Part shown: one piece after another, positions 1 through 7,162 of the stretch
Layout: each line of letters begins with the position of its first letter
How positions within the stretch are numbered: position 1 is the stretch's first letter
Virus record (IMG/VR): IMGVR_UViG_2597490260_000009
Strand: one strand, 5' to 3'
DNA length: 11,848 nt
Origin: a virus
Taxonomy: Duplodnaviria; Heunggongvirae; Uroviricota; Caudoviricetes
The notes under the pieces: model-generated
Seen by the model: the letters and a program-made list of their open reading frames with translations, nothing else
The model's database searches: none
Told to the model about the DNA's origin: nothing
Position numbers and translations under genes: made by a program

Positions 1-1
1 T

Positions 2-640
2 ATCTACGACGCTGTAACGTCTTCCGGTAATCCGTATTTAAAATTCATTGATAATATCGATAAAATAAAAAAACTTGCAAAAGATAAAACTGAACAACAG
101 CAAAAAAACCACTTGCTTAGTTTGCTCTACACGAATGTTATTACAGCTTTGGAAACGCTTTATGTTGAGCTATTCATTAATTCTATAGAGAAAGATGATG
201 TCTACATAGCCAATTGTATAGAAAAAGGTAAGACTGAATTTAAAGTAAGCAAAGATATTGCTGCGTTGCCTTTCAAGGGTGAACCCATCGAGAAAATTAG
301 GGGAGAGCTAATCAGGTCAATCAAGGAACACTTGATCAGTGCAAGCTGGCATAGCACTAAAAAGGTAATCGACCGCTATGAAGCTACATTCGATATAAAA
401 GTACAAAAAGACTGTCCGATAGAAGCTATTGAATTGGCAACCCTCAATCGAAATCACTTAGTGCATCGTGGTGGAAAGGATAAAGAAGGGAACCTCGTAG
501 TGATTACAGACCAGGATCTTGAAACGCTGATTGAAAATGCATCGAACCTGGCAATTATGCTCTACAACAGTTTAAATGTAGCAACGAATAAAACCACCAT
601 TTTGCAACCAGATGACAAACCGTTCATTCATGAATTTTAA
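2..640 (+). CDS. 5'-truncated CDS encoding a protein with a C-terminal HEPN-like Rx4H motif; putative RNase-type toxin or abortive-infection effector
   Basis: Frame is open from nt 2 to TAA at 638-640. The ORF track start at 113 is a TTG with no SD, so the true start is probably upstream of the window. R-N-H-L-V-H is encoded at nt 449-466 (ATLNRNHLVHRGG), matching the HEPN Rx4-6H signature. Region is visibly AT-rich compared with the prophage genes downstream. Confidence 0.6.
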   Translation: MYDAVTSSGNPYLKFIDNIDKIKKLAKDKTEQQQKNHLLSLLYTNVITALETLYVELFINSIEKDDVYIANCIEKGKTEFKVSKDIAALPFKGEPIEKIRGELIRSIKEHLISASWHSTKKVIDRYEATFDIKVQKDCPIEAIELATLNRNHLVHRGGKDKEGNLVVITDQDLETLIENASNLAIMLYNSLNVATNKTTILQPDDKPFIHEF

Positions 641-655
641 TAGCGCAGGTCATAC

Positions 656-1657
656 ATGGATATTCGCACACGAAAGACAAAATTTTTAGAGTCGTTAGAT
701 TCAACTGAAGTGATACGCAAAGCAGTAAGTCTCGCTATAGATTGCATTATTGATAATCATAATAGTAATGAAGATACCCCCTTAGTTATTACCAGCTATG
801 ATGATCTCTGTAGAATCCAGGTGCTAAATTATGTACAGGAGTTTTGCGAAGCTGCATTCCCTGATATGGATGAATATTACTTTAGTCCTAACATACTTCG
901 CATCAACGGCAAGACTAGTGAAGAAGCTTGTATTAACTTAATTAAACTCTTAAGAAGTACAAAAGGCATGCTATTCTGGTCCGATGCCCCATCGTGGTTC
1001 GCTAGCCTCCCCGACGGATTATTCCATGTTGTTAACATTGATCAAAAAATCGTTACTCGCGGCCTTAATAAGAAAAACTCTAAGCCGACAATAATCAATA
1101 AAGATTACAGTGTAGATACACTACTATCAGAGCTATTTTTGAATGGCGCACACATGGAGCAACCCAACGTACACAACGTTTCTGAGGGAAACATGAAGTT
1201 CTATGATGAATGCCATGCTGGATTAATCAGACCAATACCCGCTCCAATAGGCGCGTCATACGATGAAGAGATCACAATTAATTCTCCAGATTGGCAAAAG
1301 CTCGCGTGTGTAGCTTTACGCCGCTATCAGTCGAAGGAATGTCATGACGGAATGCAATGGGATACAACCGATCATGGTTGGACTGATGTAATCGCGTATC
1401 CATTCGTCGAAGAAATACAATCAATGGATAATAGTGGTTATCGACAATGTTTAGTTGGGCTGGTCACAATAAACAATTCAAATGCAAATTCTCCGTACCT
1501 ATCTACCGTTTGGATACATCCATTTTATCGCAGGAGAGGGTTATTAAGTAAGTTATGGCCAAAATTACAAGAGTTATATGGAAGTAACTTCGAAATTGAG
1601 CGACCTAATGAAAATATGAAAGCATTTCTGAAAAGTGCGAAACACGCAGATTACTAA
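656..1657 (+). CDS. Hypothetical 333-aa protein with a GNAT-like C-terminal region; likely operon partner of the upstream HEPN-motif gene
   Basis: ATG at 656 lies 15 nt after the upstream stop, on the same strand and with the same AT-rich composition. C-terminal segment LVGLVTIN...WIHPFYRRRGLLSKLW (nt ~1511-1560) resembles GNAT motif A (Q/R-x-x-G-x-G/A) but is degenerate. N-terminal ~250 aa has no motif I recognise. Confidence 0.6.
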   Translation: MDIRTRKTKFLESLDSTEVIRKAVSLAIDCIIDNHNSNEDTPLVITSYDDLCRIQVLNYVQEFCEAAFPDMDEYYFSPNILRINGKTSEEACINLIKLLRSTKGMLFWSDAPSWFASLPDGLFHVVNIDQKIVTRGLNKKNSKPTIINKDYSVDTLLSELFLNGAHMEQPNVHNVSEGNMKFYDECHAGLIRPIPAPIGASYDEEITINSPDWQKLACVALRRYQSKECHDGMQWDTTDHGWTDVIAYPFVEEIQSMDNSGYRQCLVGLVTINNSNANSPYLSTVWIHPFYRRRGLLSKLWPKLQELYGSNFEIERPNENMKAFLKSAKHADY

Positions 1658-1973
1658 TTTATGAATCAGTCTGTGGAGTTAGGGTTGGTGTCAACAAGTA
1701 GGGTAAGAGCCTCAACGTGATGCTATGCCGACCTGCTCCCTGAGAATTCACACAGAAGGCTGCTAGCAATGTCTGCAGATCGCTCAAAGCGGACTAGAAG
1801 GTTAGCTTGCGTCGGACTTGGCGTATTTAAAGAAGTGCTGGTGGTGACTGGTTGTTGTGTTCCATTTCTACAGAACAAAATCACAGAAACTATACCCAAT
1901 AGTTATATTGAATCAATGATGAGACAGCCTCATATTTATCAGAACTGGTGTACGTCCAATACAGGAGGTTGTC

Positions 1974-2063
1974 GTGCTGGTTCTCAAATGTGCGCTAGCT
2001 ATTGCGGCTGTAATGGCAATTTATTGTCTTGCTGTTGTTCTTATGGATCGCCTTTCTGATTGA
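1974..2063 (+). CDS. Candidate small hydrophobic peptide (29 aa, MLVLKCALAIAAVMAIYCLAVVLMDRLSD if GTG is read as Met)
   Basis: Consensus SD AGGAGG at 1963-1968, 5 nt before GTG at 1974; single predicted transmembrane helix; stop TGA 2061-2063. Too short for the ORF track. Confidence 0.3.
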   Translation: MLVLKCALAIAAVMAIYCLAVVLMDRLSD

Positions 2064-2274
2064 TTTTATATTGGCGAGGTGACGGGAGTTAAGTAGAATT
2101 GCTGCGGGTGCTTGAGGCTATCTGCCTCAGGCATGAACACCAAAGGCAGATAGAGAAAAGCCCCAGTTAATATTACGCGTCCTGCAAGACGCTTAACATT
2201 AATCTGAGGCTCAATCTATGAACGGCAAATCTAGGTTAGCCTCTTACGTGCCGAAAGGCAAGGAGAAGCAGGCT

Positions 2275-2430
2275 ATGAAGCAGCAAAAGGCGATGTTAAT
2301 CGCCCTGATCGTCATCTGTTTAACCGTCATAGTGACGGCACTGGTAACGAGGAAAGACCTCTGCGAGGTACGAATCCGAACCGGCCAGACGGAGGTCGCT
2401 GTCTTCACAGTTTACGAACCTGAGGAGTAA
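2275..2430 (+). CDS. hokD: Hok-family type I toxin, HokD-like (51 aa)
   Basis: Translation MKQQKAMLIALIVICLTVIVTALVTRKDLCEVRIRTGQTEVAVFTVYEPEE is near-identical to HokD as I recall it. SD AGGAG at 2261-2265. An in-frame upstream ATG at 2218 would give a 70-aa form. Confidence 0.85.
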   Translation: MKQQKAMLIALIVICLTVIVTALVTRKDLCEVRIRTGQTEVAVFTVYEPEE

Positions 2431-2500
2431 GAGACCCGGCGAGGGAGAAATCCCTCGCCACCTCTGATGTGTCAGGCATCCTCAACGCACCCGCACGTAA

Positions 2501-2525
2501 CCCGCTTCGGCGGGTTTTGTTTTTT
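2501..2525 (+). terminator. Intrinsic terminator downstream of hokD
   Basis: CCCGC-TTCG-GCGGG hairpin (UUCG tetraloop) followed by TTTTGTTTTTT. A separate 9-bp stem with GAAA loop lies at 2438-2459. Confidence 0.7.
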
Positions 2526-2597
2526 CCTGGCATTCTGGTTTACAATTCGCACGCCAGCCTGAACAACTGGCACCTGCTGCGCCAGCAGAGACAACCG

Positions 2598-2876
2598 ATG
2601 GCGCACGATACCAAATTACACAATTCTGATGATTCTGCCGTCTTTGCCAGCAGGCACGGGCGGCGTTCCCGCACTTTCAAATCTGACTGGTTCCAGCATC
2701 CCCCATGCACTGAAGAACAGGCCGAGTGGCTAATTCAGTGCTACCGCAGACACGGATACGAGATTAAGAAAGCCCTCAGCCTCGATTATCGTCACTGGAT
2801 AATCTCCGTCAGGCTTCCTTACTCCGAACGATCACCGCGTCCGTCCCGCACATTCCAGCAACGCATCTGGAGGTAA
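2598..2876 (+). CDS. Small hypothetical protein (92 aa) in the position of rem in Qin-type prophages
   Basis: ATG at 2598; stop TAA 2874-2876 sits inside the SD of the next gene. Positional analogy to hokD-rem-ydfU order from memory; the sequence match itself is not verified. Confidence 0.5.
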   Translation: MAHDTKLHNSDDSAVFASRHGRRSRTFKSDWFQHPPCTEEQAEWLIQCYRRHGYEIKKALSLDYRHWIISVRLPYSERSPRPSRTFQQRIWR

Positions 2877-2877
2877 C

Positions 2878-3924
2878 GTGCGAGTATTACTTCGACCTGT
2901 TCTGGTACCGGAACTCGGGCTGGTGATCGTTAAGCCGGGCCGTGAATCCATGCCGGTATTCCACAATACCCGGGTACTGGTGGAGCCGGAACCGAAAAGC
3001 ATGCGTAATCTGCCGTCCGGGGTTGTTCCTGCCGTTCGCCAGCCGCTAGTGGAAGACAAAACATTGCTGCCGTTTTTCAGTAACGCACGGGTGATTCGTG
3101 CTGCTGGTGGTGCTGGTGCATTGTCTGACTGGCTGTTGCGCCATATTAAATCCTGCCAGTGGCCACACGGCGATTATCATCACAGCGAAACCGTCATTCA
3201 CCGTTATGGTACCGGCGCAATGGTGTTGTGCTGGCACTGCGACAACCAGCTGCGTGACCAGACATCCGAATCACTCGAGCAACTTGCTCATCAAAACCTG
3301 TCAGCATGGATGATTGACGTCATACTCCATGCAATGAATGGCTCGCAGGAACGGGAATTATCGCTGGCTGAATTATCCTGGTGTGCGGTCCGCAATCAGG
3401 TGGCGGACGCGCTACCGGAAGCGGTATTACGTCGTTCGCTGGGGTTGCGTGCGGAAAAAATCCGCTCAATGTACCGTGAAAGCGACATCGTACCGGGAGA
3501 GCAGACCGCCACCAGCATACTGAAGCAGCGCACAAAAAATCTTGCGCCGCTGCCTCACGCCCACCAGCAAAACCCGCCACAGGAAGAGACGGTGGTCAGC
3601 ATTGCCGTTGATCCTGAGTCTCCGGAATCTTTCATGAAACGACCTAAACGTCGCCGCTGGGTTAACGAGAAATACACACGCTGGGTGAAGACACAGCCGT
3701 GTGCGTGTTGTGGTAAGCCAGCCGACGATCCCCATCACCTGATTGGTCATGGTCAGGGCGGAATGGGGACAAAATCTCACGATATTTTCACGCTACCGCT
3801 GTGTCGGGAGCATCACAACGAGCTTCATGCGGATCCTCTGGCGTTCGAAGAAAAGCATGGTTCTCAGGTTGATTTAATTTTTCGTTTTCTTGATCACGCC
3901 TTTGCAACTGGCGTGCTTGGGTAA
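2878..3924 (+). CDS. DUF968 (YdfU-like) prophage protein with a Cys/His-rich HNH-like C-terminal motif
   Basis: 348 aa, GTG start with GGAGG SD at 2868-2872. C-terminus CACCGKPADDPHHLIGHGQGG...CREHHNELH. Size and position match ydfU-type genes upstream of Q. Confidence 0.75.
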   Translation: MRVLLRPVLVPELGLVIVKPGRESMPVFHNTRVLVEPEPKSMRNLPSGVVPAVRQPLVEDKTLLPFFSNARVIRAAGGAGALSDWLLRHIKSCQWPHGDYHHSETVIHRYGTGAMVLCWHCDNQLRDQTSESLEQLAHQNLSAWMIDVILHAMNGSQERELSLAELSWCAVRNQVADALPEAVLRRSLGLRAEKIRSMYRESDIVPGEQTATSILKQRTKNLAPLPHAHQQNPPQEETVVSIAVDPESPESFMKRPKRRRWVNEKYTRWVKTQPCACCGKPADDPHHLIGHGQGGMGTKSHDIFTLPLCREHHNELHADPLAFEEKHGSQVDLIFRFLDHAFATGVLG

Positions 3925-3936
3925 AAGAGGTGACTG

Positions 3937-4311
3937 ATGCTCATAGATTTGGTTTTACCTTACCCGCCGACGGTGAACACTTACTGGCGACGCCGTGGCA
4001 GCACATATTTTATCTCGGAGGAGGGAAAGCGTTATCGCCGGGCTGTGGCGCTTATTGTTCGCCAGCAGCGGCTGAAATTAAGCCTGTCCGGAAGGCTGGC
4101 GATAAAGGTGATTGCAGAGCCACCGGATAAGCGTCGTCGCGACCTGGACAATATCCTGAAAGCACCGCTGGATGCGCTGACGCATGCGGGAGTGTTAATG
4201 GACGATGAGCAGTTTGATGAAATCAATATCGTTCGTGGTCAGCCAGTATCTGGTGGACGTATGGGGGTGAAGATTTACCCCATAATGCATGAAGAGCAGG
4301 TCAAAAAATGA
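3937..4311 (+). CDS. rusA: Holliday junction resolvase RusA
   Basis: 124 aa; PDKRRRDLDNILKAPLDALTHAGVLMDDEQ matches the RusA catalytic core (PDRRRRDLDN...DAL...G..DD). SD AAGAGG upstream. Stop overlaps the next start (ATGA). Confidence 0.85.
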   Translation: MLIDLVLPYPPTVNTYWRRRGSTYFISEEGKRYRRAVALIVRQQRLKLSLSGRLAIKVIAEPPDKRRRDLDNILKAPLDALTHAGVLMDDEQFDEINIVRGQPVSGGRMGVKIYPIMHEEQVKK

Positions 4312-5127
4312 AACTGGAAGATTTACCGAAATACTACTCCCCAAAATCCCCTGGCCTGACCGATGCATCGGCCTCAACGTCAAAAGATGCGCTGAGTATC
4401 ACTGATGTGATGGCCGCGCAGGGCATGACACAGAATCGGGCTGAGATGGGGTTTTCTGCGTTCCTGGGGAAAATGGGCATCAGTATGAATGACAGGGCGC
4501 GGGCAACAGAATTACTGGCAGATTATGCACTCAGTCGGTGCGATCGTGTGGCGGCGTTGAGAAAACTTCCGGCAGAAATAAAACCGGTAGTGATGCGCAT
4601 TGGCTTCGTATGCGTTTGAAGATTATGCCCGTAGCGCGGCGAGCAAAAAACAGTGCCCTTGCTGTCACGGAAAAAAATTTATTGAAAGCGAGGTTTTTAC
4701 AAACAAGATCCAGTATCCGGATGGTAAGCCACCAGTGTGGGCAAAGTGCACAAAAGGCGTGTATCCGTCTTACTGGGAAGAATGGAAAAAAGTCAGGGAG
4801 GTGGTAAAAGTTGCCTGTCCGGAGTGTGGCGGAAAGGGTGAGGTTTCCACCGCCTGTAAGGATTGCCGTGGGCGTGGTGTCGCCATTCATCGTGAAGAGT
4901 CGGTAAAACGTGGTATGCCTGTTATCAGAGATTGCCAGCGTTGTGGTGGTCGTGGCTGTGAAAGGCTGCCATCAACGGAGGCATTTAATGCCATATGCAA
5001 AGTGACGAGTGCTATCACGCTTGATACGTGGAAAAAATCAGTGAAACGCTTTTACGATACGTTGGTGGTTCGGTTTGACATTGAAGAGGCATGGGCGGAG
5101 CGGCAGTTAAAGAGGGTAACGCGATAG
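4308..5127 (+). pseudogene. Q: Lambda-family late antiterminator Q (QuuQ-like, with an enlarged zinc-finger region), split by a frameshift near nt 4594-4602
   Basis: ORF 4308-4619 aligns to the lambda Q N-terminus (SPKSP, TDVMAA.GM) and ORF 4600-5127 in the +1 frame aligns to the C-terminus (YA.EDYARSAA, CxxC pairs, LYDTLVV). The second frame has a TGA at 4591-4593, so the shift lies within about 10 nt. No homopolymer at the site. Confidence 0.65.
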
Positions 5128-5132
5128 TGTTG

Positions 5133-5181
5133 TTGATTTTTCCCGAATCTGTGGTAAATTTGCTCTAACGATGGGCGTTTT
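5133..5181 (+). promoter_or_regulatory. Late promoter pR' with promoter-proximal pause element (lambda-like)
   Basis: -35 TTGATT (5133-5138), 16-nt spacer, extended -10 TGgTAAATT (5152-5160), then TTGCTCTAACGATGGG, which closely resembles the lambda pR' core GGTAAATTTGACTCAACGATGGG as I recall it. Sits immediately downstream of Q. Confidence 0.6.
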
Positions 5182-5209
5182 ATGCCTGACGTTAGAAGAT
5201 TTTTTACAC

Positions 5210-5231
5210 CCCGCCGCCTGGCGGGTTTTTT
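5210..5231 (+). terminator. tR'-like intrinsic terminator about 65 nt downstream of the pR' start
   Basis: CCCGCC-gcct-GGCGGG hairpin followed by TTTTTT (5226-5231). Confidence 0.65.
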
Positions 5232-5351
5232 ATGACTGAAATCGCGTCAGTACAGTAAACGCGCTGGTGGCGGTGAATACCTGTCTTTCAGCTTGCTGGC
5301 TTTTTCGACAAGAGTTATTGGTGTGTCACGTTAACCGGAAAAGGAAAAGAC

Positions 5352-5549
5352 ATGCTAAAACAGCAGGATATGACAGAAACCGCCAGAGTGGTGTTTAATG
5401 AATTAAGCGTTACCGACCCGGCGACAGTCGGGGAGATAGCGCAGAATACTTACCTTTCACGCGAACGCTGCCAGTTAATACTGACTCAGCTGGTTATGGC
5501 GGGTCTGGCAGACTATCAGTTCGGTTGTTACAGACGCCTTCCGCAGTGA
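5352..5549 (+). CDS. Small hypothetical protein (65 aa), possibly winged-helix DNA-binding
   Basis: ATG at 5352 with AGGAAAAG upstream. Segment VGEIAQNTYLSRERCQLILTQLVMAGLA looks like an HTH recognition helix; fold not verified. Confidence 0.5.
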   Translation: MLKQQDMTETARVVFNELSVTDPATVGEIAQNTYLSRERCQLILTQLVMAGLADYQFGCYRRLPQ

Positions 5550-5559
5550 AGGCTTTTTT
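5536..5559 (+). terminator. Intrinsic terminator overlapping the stop of the 65-aa ORF
   Basis: GCCTTC-cgcagt-GAAGGC hairpin followed by TTTTTT (5554-5559). Confidence 0.6.
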
Positions 5560-5699
5560 ATTTGTGGTAAATGGGCGGCTGGTGGGTGTTAGGGGCACCC
5601 ACCAGCCATCTGCTCATGCGTCCGGATCACAAGCAAACCTCAGGCCCACTGCTTTGCGCAAAAGCAGAATGAGCCTATCAGAGACAGGCTTAATGATCC

Positions 5700-6824
5700 A
5701 TGCTTAATACTGTAAAAATATCCAGTTGTGAGTTAATCAACGCCGACTGCCTGGAATTTATCCGGTCGTTACCCGAAAATTCTGTTGACCTGATAGTCAC
5801 GGACCCGCCGTACTTTAAAGTGAAGCCTGAGGGCTGGGATAACCAGTGGAAGGGCGACGATGATTACCTGAAGTGGCTGGACCAGTGTCTGGCGCAGTTC
5901 TGGCGGGTGCTGAAACCTGCCGGAAGTCTTTACCTGTTCTGTGGTCATCGCCTGGCATCTGATATCGAAATCATGATGCGTGAACGCTTCAGTGTGCTGA
6001 ACCATATTATCTGGGCGAAGCCGTCCGGACGCTGGAACGGATGCAACAAGGAAAGCCTGCGGGCGTATTTCCCCGCCACAGAGCGCATTCTGTTCGCGGA
6101 ACATTATCAGGGGCCGTATCGTCCGAAAGATGCCGGGTATGCGGCGAAGGGCAGTGCACTGAAACAGCATGTGATGGCCCCGCTGATTTCTTACTTTCGT
6201 GATGCGCGCGCGGCCCTGGGGATAACGGCAAAACAGATTGCAGATGCCACAGGAAAGAAAAACATGGTGTCGCACTGGTTCAGTGCCAGTCAGTGGCAGC
6301 TACCGAATGAAAGCGATTATCTGAAATTACAGGCGCTGTTTGCCCGGGTGGCAGAAGAGAAGCATCGGCGTGGTGAACTGGAAAAGCTCCACCACCAGCT
6401 GGTGGATACGTATACCTCACTGAACCGGCAGTATGCGGAGCTGCTGAGTGAATATAAACATCTGCGGCGGTATTTTGGCGTGACGGTGCAGGTGCCGTAT
6501 ACCGATGTGTGGACGCATAAACCGGTGCAGTTCTATCCCGGNNNNNNNNNNNNNNNNNNNNNNNNNNNNNNNNNNNNNNNNNNNNNNNNNNNNNNNNNNN
6601 NNNNNNNNNNNNNNNNNNNNNNNNNNNNNNNNNNNCCGGCAGAAATGCTGCAGCAGATAATCAGCGCAAGTAGCCGTCCTGGTGATCTGGTTGCGGATTT
6701 TTTCATGGGGTCGGGTTCAACGGTAAAAGCGGCGATGGCACTGGGGCGTCGTGCGATTGGTGTTGAGCTGGAGACCGGACGTTTTGAGCAGACAGTCAGG
6801 GAAGTTCAGGATTTAATCGTTTGA
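5700..6824 (+). CDS. Orphan beta-class DNA amino-methyltransferase (probable N6-adenine); internal N-masked run
   Basis: Motif IV DPPY (LIVTDPPYF) near the N-terminus precedes motif I FxGxG (DLVADFFMGSGST) near the C-terminus, which is the beta-class order. No restriction endonuclease gene adjacent. Reading frame is continuous across the N run at 6542-6635. Confidence 0.85.
   Translation: MLNTVKISSCELINADCLEFIRSLPENSVDLIVTDPPYFKVKPEGWDNQWKGDDDYLKWLDQCLAQFWRVLKPAGSLYLFCGHRLASDIEIMMRERFSVLNHIIWAKPSGRWNGCNKESLRAYFPATERILFAEHYQGPYRPKDAGYAAKGSALKQHVMAPLISYFRDARAALGITAKQIADATGKKNMVSHWFSASQWQLPNESDYLKLQALFARVAEEKHRRGELEKLHHQLVDTYTSLNRQYAELLSEYKHLRRYFGVTVQVPYTDVWTHKPVQFYPXXXXXXXXXXXXXXXXXXXXXXXXXXXXXXXXPAEMLQQIISASSRPGDLVADFFMGSGSTVKAAMALGRRAIGVELETGRFEQTVREVQDLIV
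6542..6635. other. Run of 94 N (masked or unresolved sequence) inside the methyltransferase gene
   Basis: Direct observation. The flanking coding frame is preserved across it. Confidence 1.
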
Positions 6825-6835
6825 AACGGATGAGA

Positions 6836-6864
6836 TTGCAGAATTAATTACGCACCATTATTAT
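6836..6864 (+). promoter_or_regulatory. Sigma70-type promoter for the tRNA cluster
   Basis: -35 TTGCAG (6836-6841), 17-nt spacer, -10 TATTAT (6859-6864), 9 nt before the first tRNA. Confidence 0.5.
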
Positions 6865-6873
6865 TCTGCTCCC

Positions 6874-6949
6874 GGCCCTTTAGCTCAGTGGTGAGAGCGA
6901 GCGACTCATAATCGCCAGGTCGCTGGTTCAAATCCAGCAAGGGCCACCA
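6874..6949 (+). tRNA. ileZ: tRNA with CAU anticodon, tRNA-Ile2 (lysidine) type
   Basis: Manual cloverleaf: acceptor GGCCCTT/AAGGGCC, D-arm GCTC/GAGC, anticodon loop CTCATAA, T-arm GCTGG-TTCAAAT-CCAGC, discriminator A, CCA encoded. Closely resembles E. coli tRNA-Ile2 (ileX). Gene name is by analogy to the ileZ-argN-argO cluster of Stx phages. Confidence 0.8.
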
Positions 6950-6956
6950 TCACATA

Positions 6957-7033
6957 CCGCCATTAGCTCATCAGGAAAGAGCGCCAGCCTTCGAAGCTGG
7001 TTGCGCGGAGTTCGGGTCCCCGAAGGCGGTCCA
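6957..7033 (+). tRNA. argN: tRNA-Arg-like (anticodon UCG by manual fold); possibly degenerate
   Basis: Anticodon stem CCAGC/GCTGG with loop CTTCGAA. Acceptor stem has one A-A mismatch, T-loop is TTCGGGT (G where A58 is expected), and the T-stem has a mismatch. Name by analogy only. Confidence 0.55.
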
Positions 7034-7046
7034 TTATCTGTATCCT

Positions 7047-7123
7047 GCGTTGTTAGCTCAGCCGGACAGAGCAATTGCCTTCTAAGCAATCGGTCACTGG
7101 TTCGAATCCAGTACAACGCGCCA
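7047..7123 (+). tRNA. argO: tRNA-Arg (anticodon UCU, reads AGA)
   Basis: Acceptor GCGTTGT/ACAACGC, D-arm GCTC/GAGC, anticodon stem ATTGC/GCAAT with loop CTTCTAA, T-arm ACTGG-TTCGAAT-CCAGT, discriminator G, CCA encoded. Confidence 0.85.
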
Positions 7124-7138
7124 CACTTATTTTCCCTG

Positions 7139-7162
7139 GCTCGCTTTTGCGGGCTTTTTTTT
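7139..7162 (+). terminator. Intrinsic terminator after the tRNA cluster
   Basis: GCTCGC-tttt-GCGGGC hairpin (one G-U pair) followed by 8 T (7155-7162). Confidence 0.55.

Noticed and set aside
113-115. TTG at 113 as the true start of the first CDS
   Set aside because: No SD upstream and the frame stays open to nt 2, so the gene most likely begins outside the window.
1769-2059. 96-aa ORF with a Cys-rich product
   Set aside because: Low-complexity Cys/Gly-rich translation, weak SD; it is the out-of-frame shadow of a region better explained by the short hydrophobic ORF at 1974-2063 or by non-coding RNA.
2832-3780. Several ORFs of 60-104 aa on both strands overlapping the DUF968 gene
   Set aside because: Shadow ORFs inside a long, well-supported gene; no SD sequences and biased Arg/Pro/Ser-rich products typical of off-frame translation of GC-rich DNA.
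4531-4890. ORFs 4538-4807 (+) and 4531-4890 (-) overlapping the Q gene
   Set aside because: They overlap the two Q fragments, which have clear homology to lambda Q; no independent support.
5525-5707. 60-aa ORF across the methyltransferase leader
   Set aside because: Runs through the terminator and the two leader hairpins, has no SD and starts at a non-ATG codon; the region is better read as structured RNA.
5769-6275. Antisense ORFs (168 and 74 aa) inside the methyltransferase gene
   Set aside because: Opposite-strand shadows of a gene with clear catalytic motifs.
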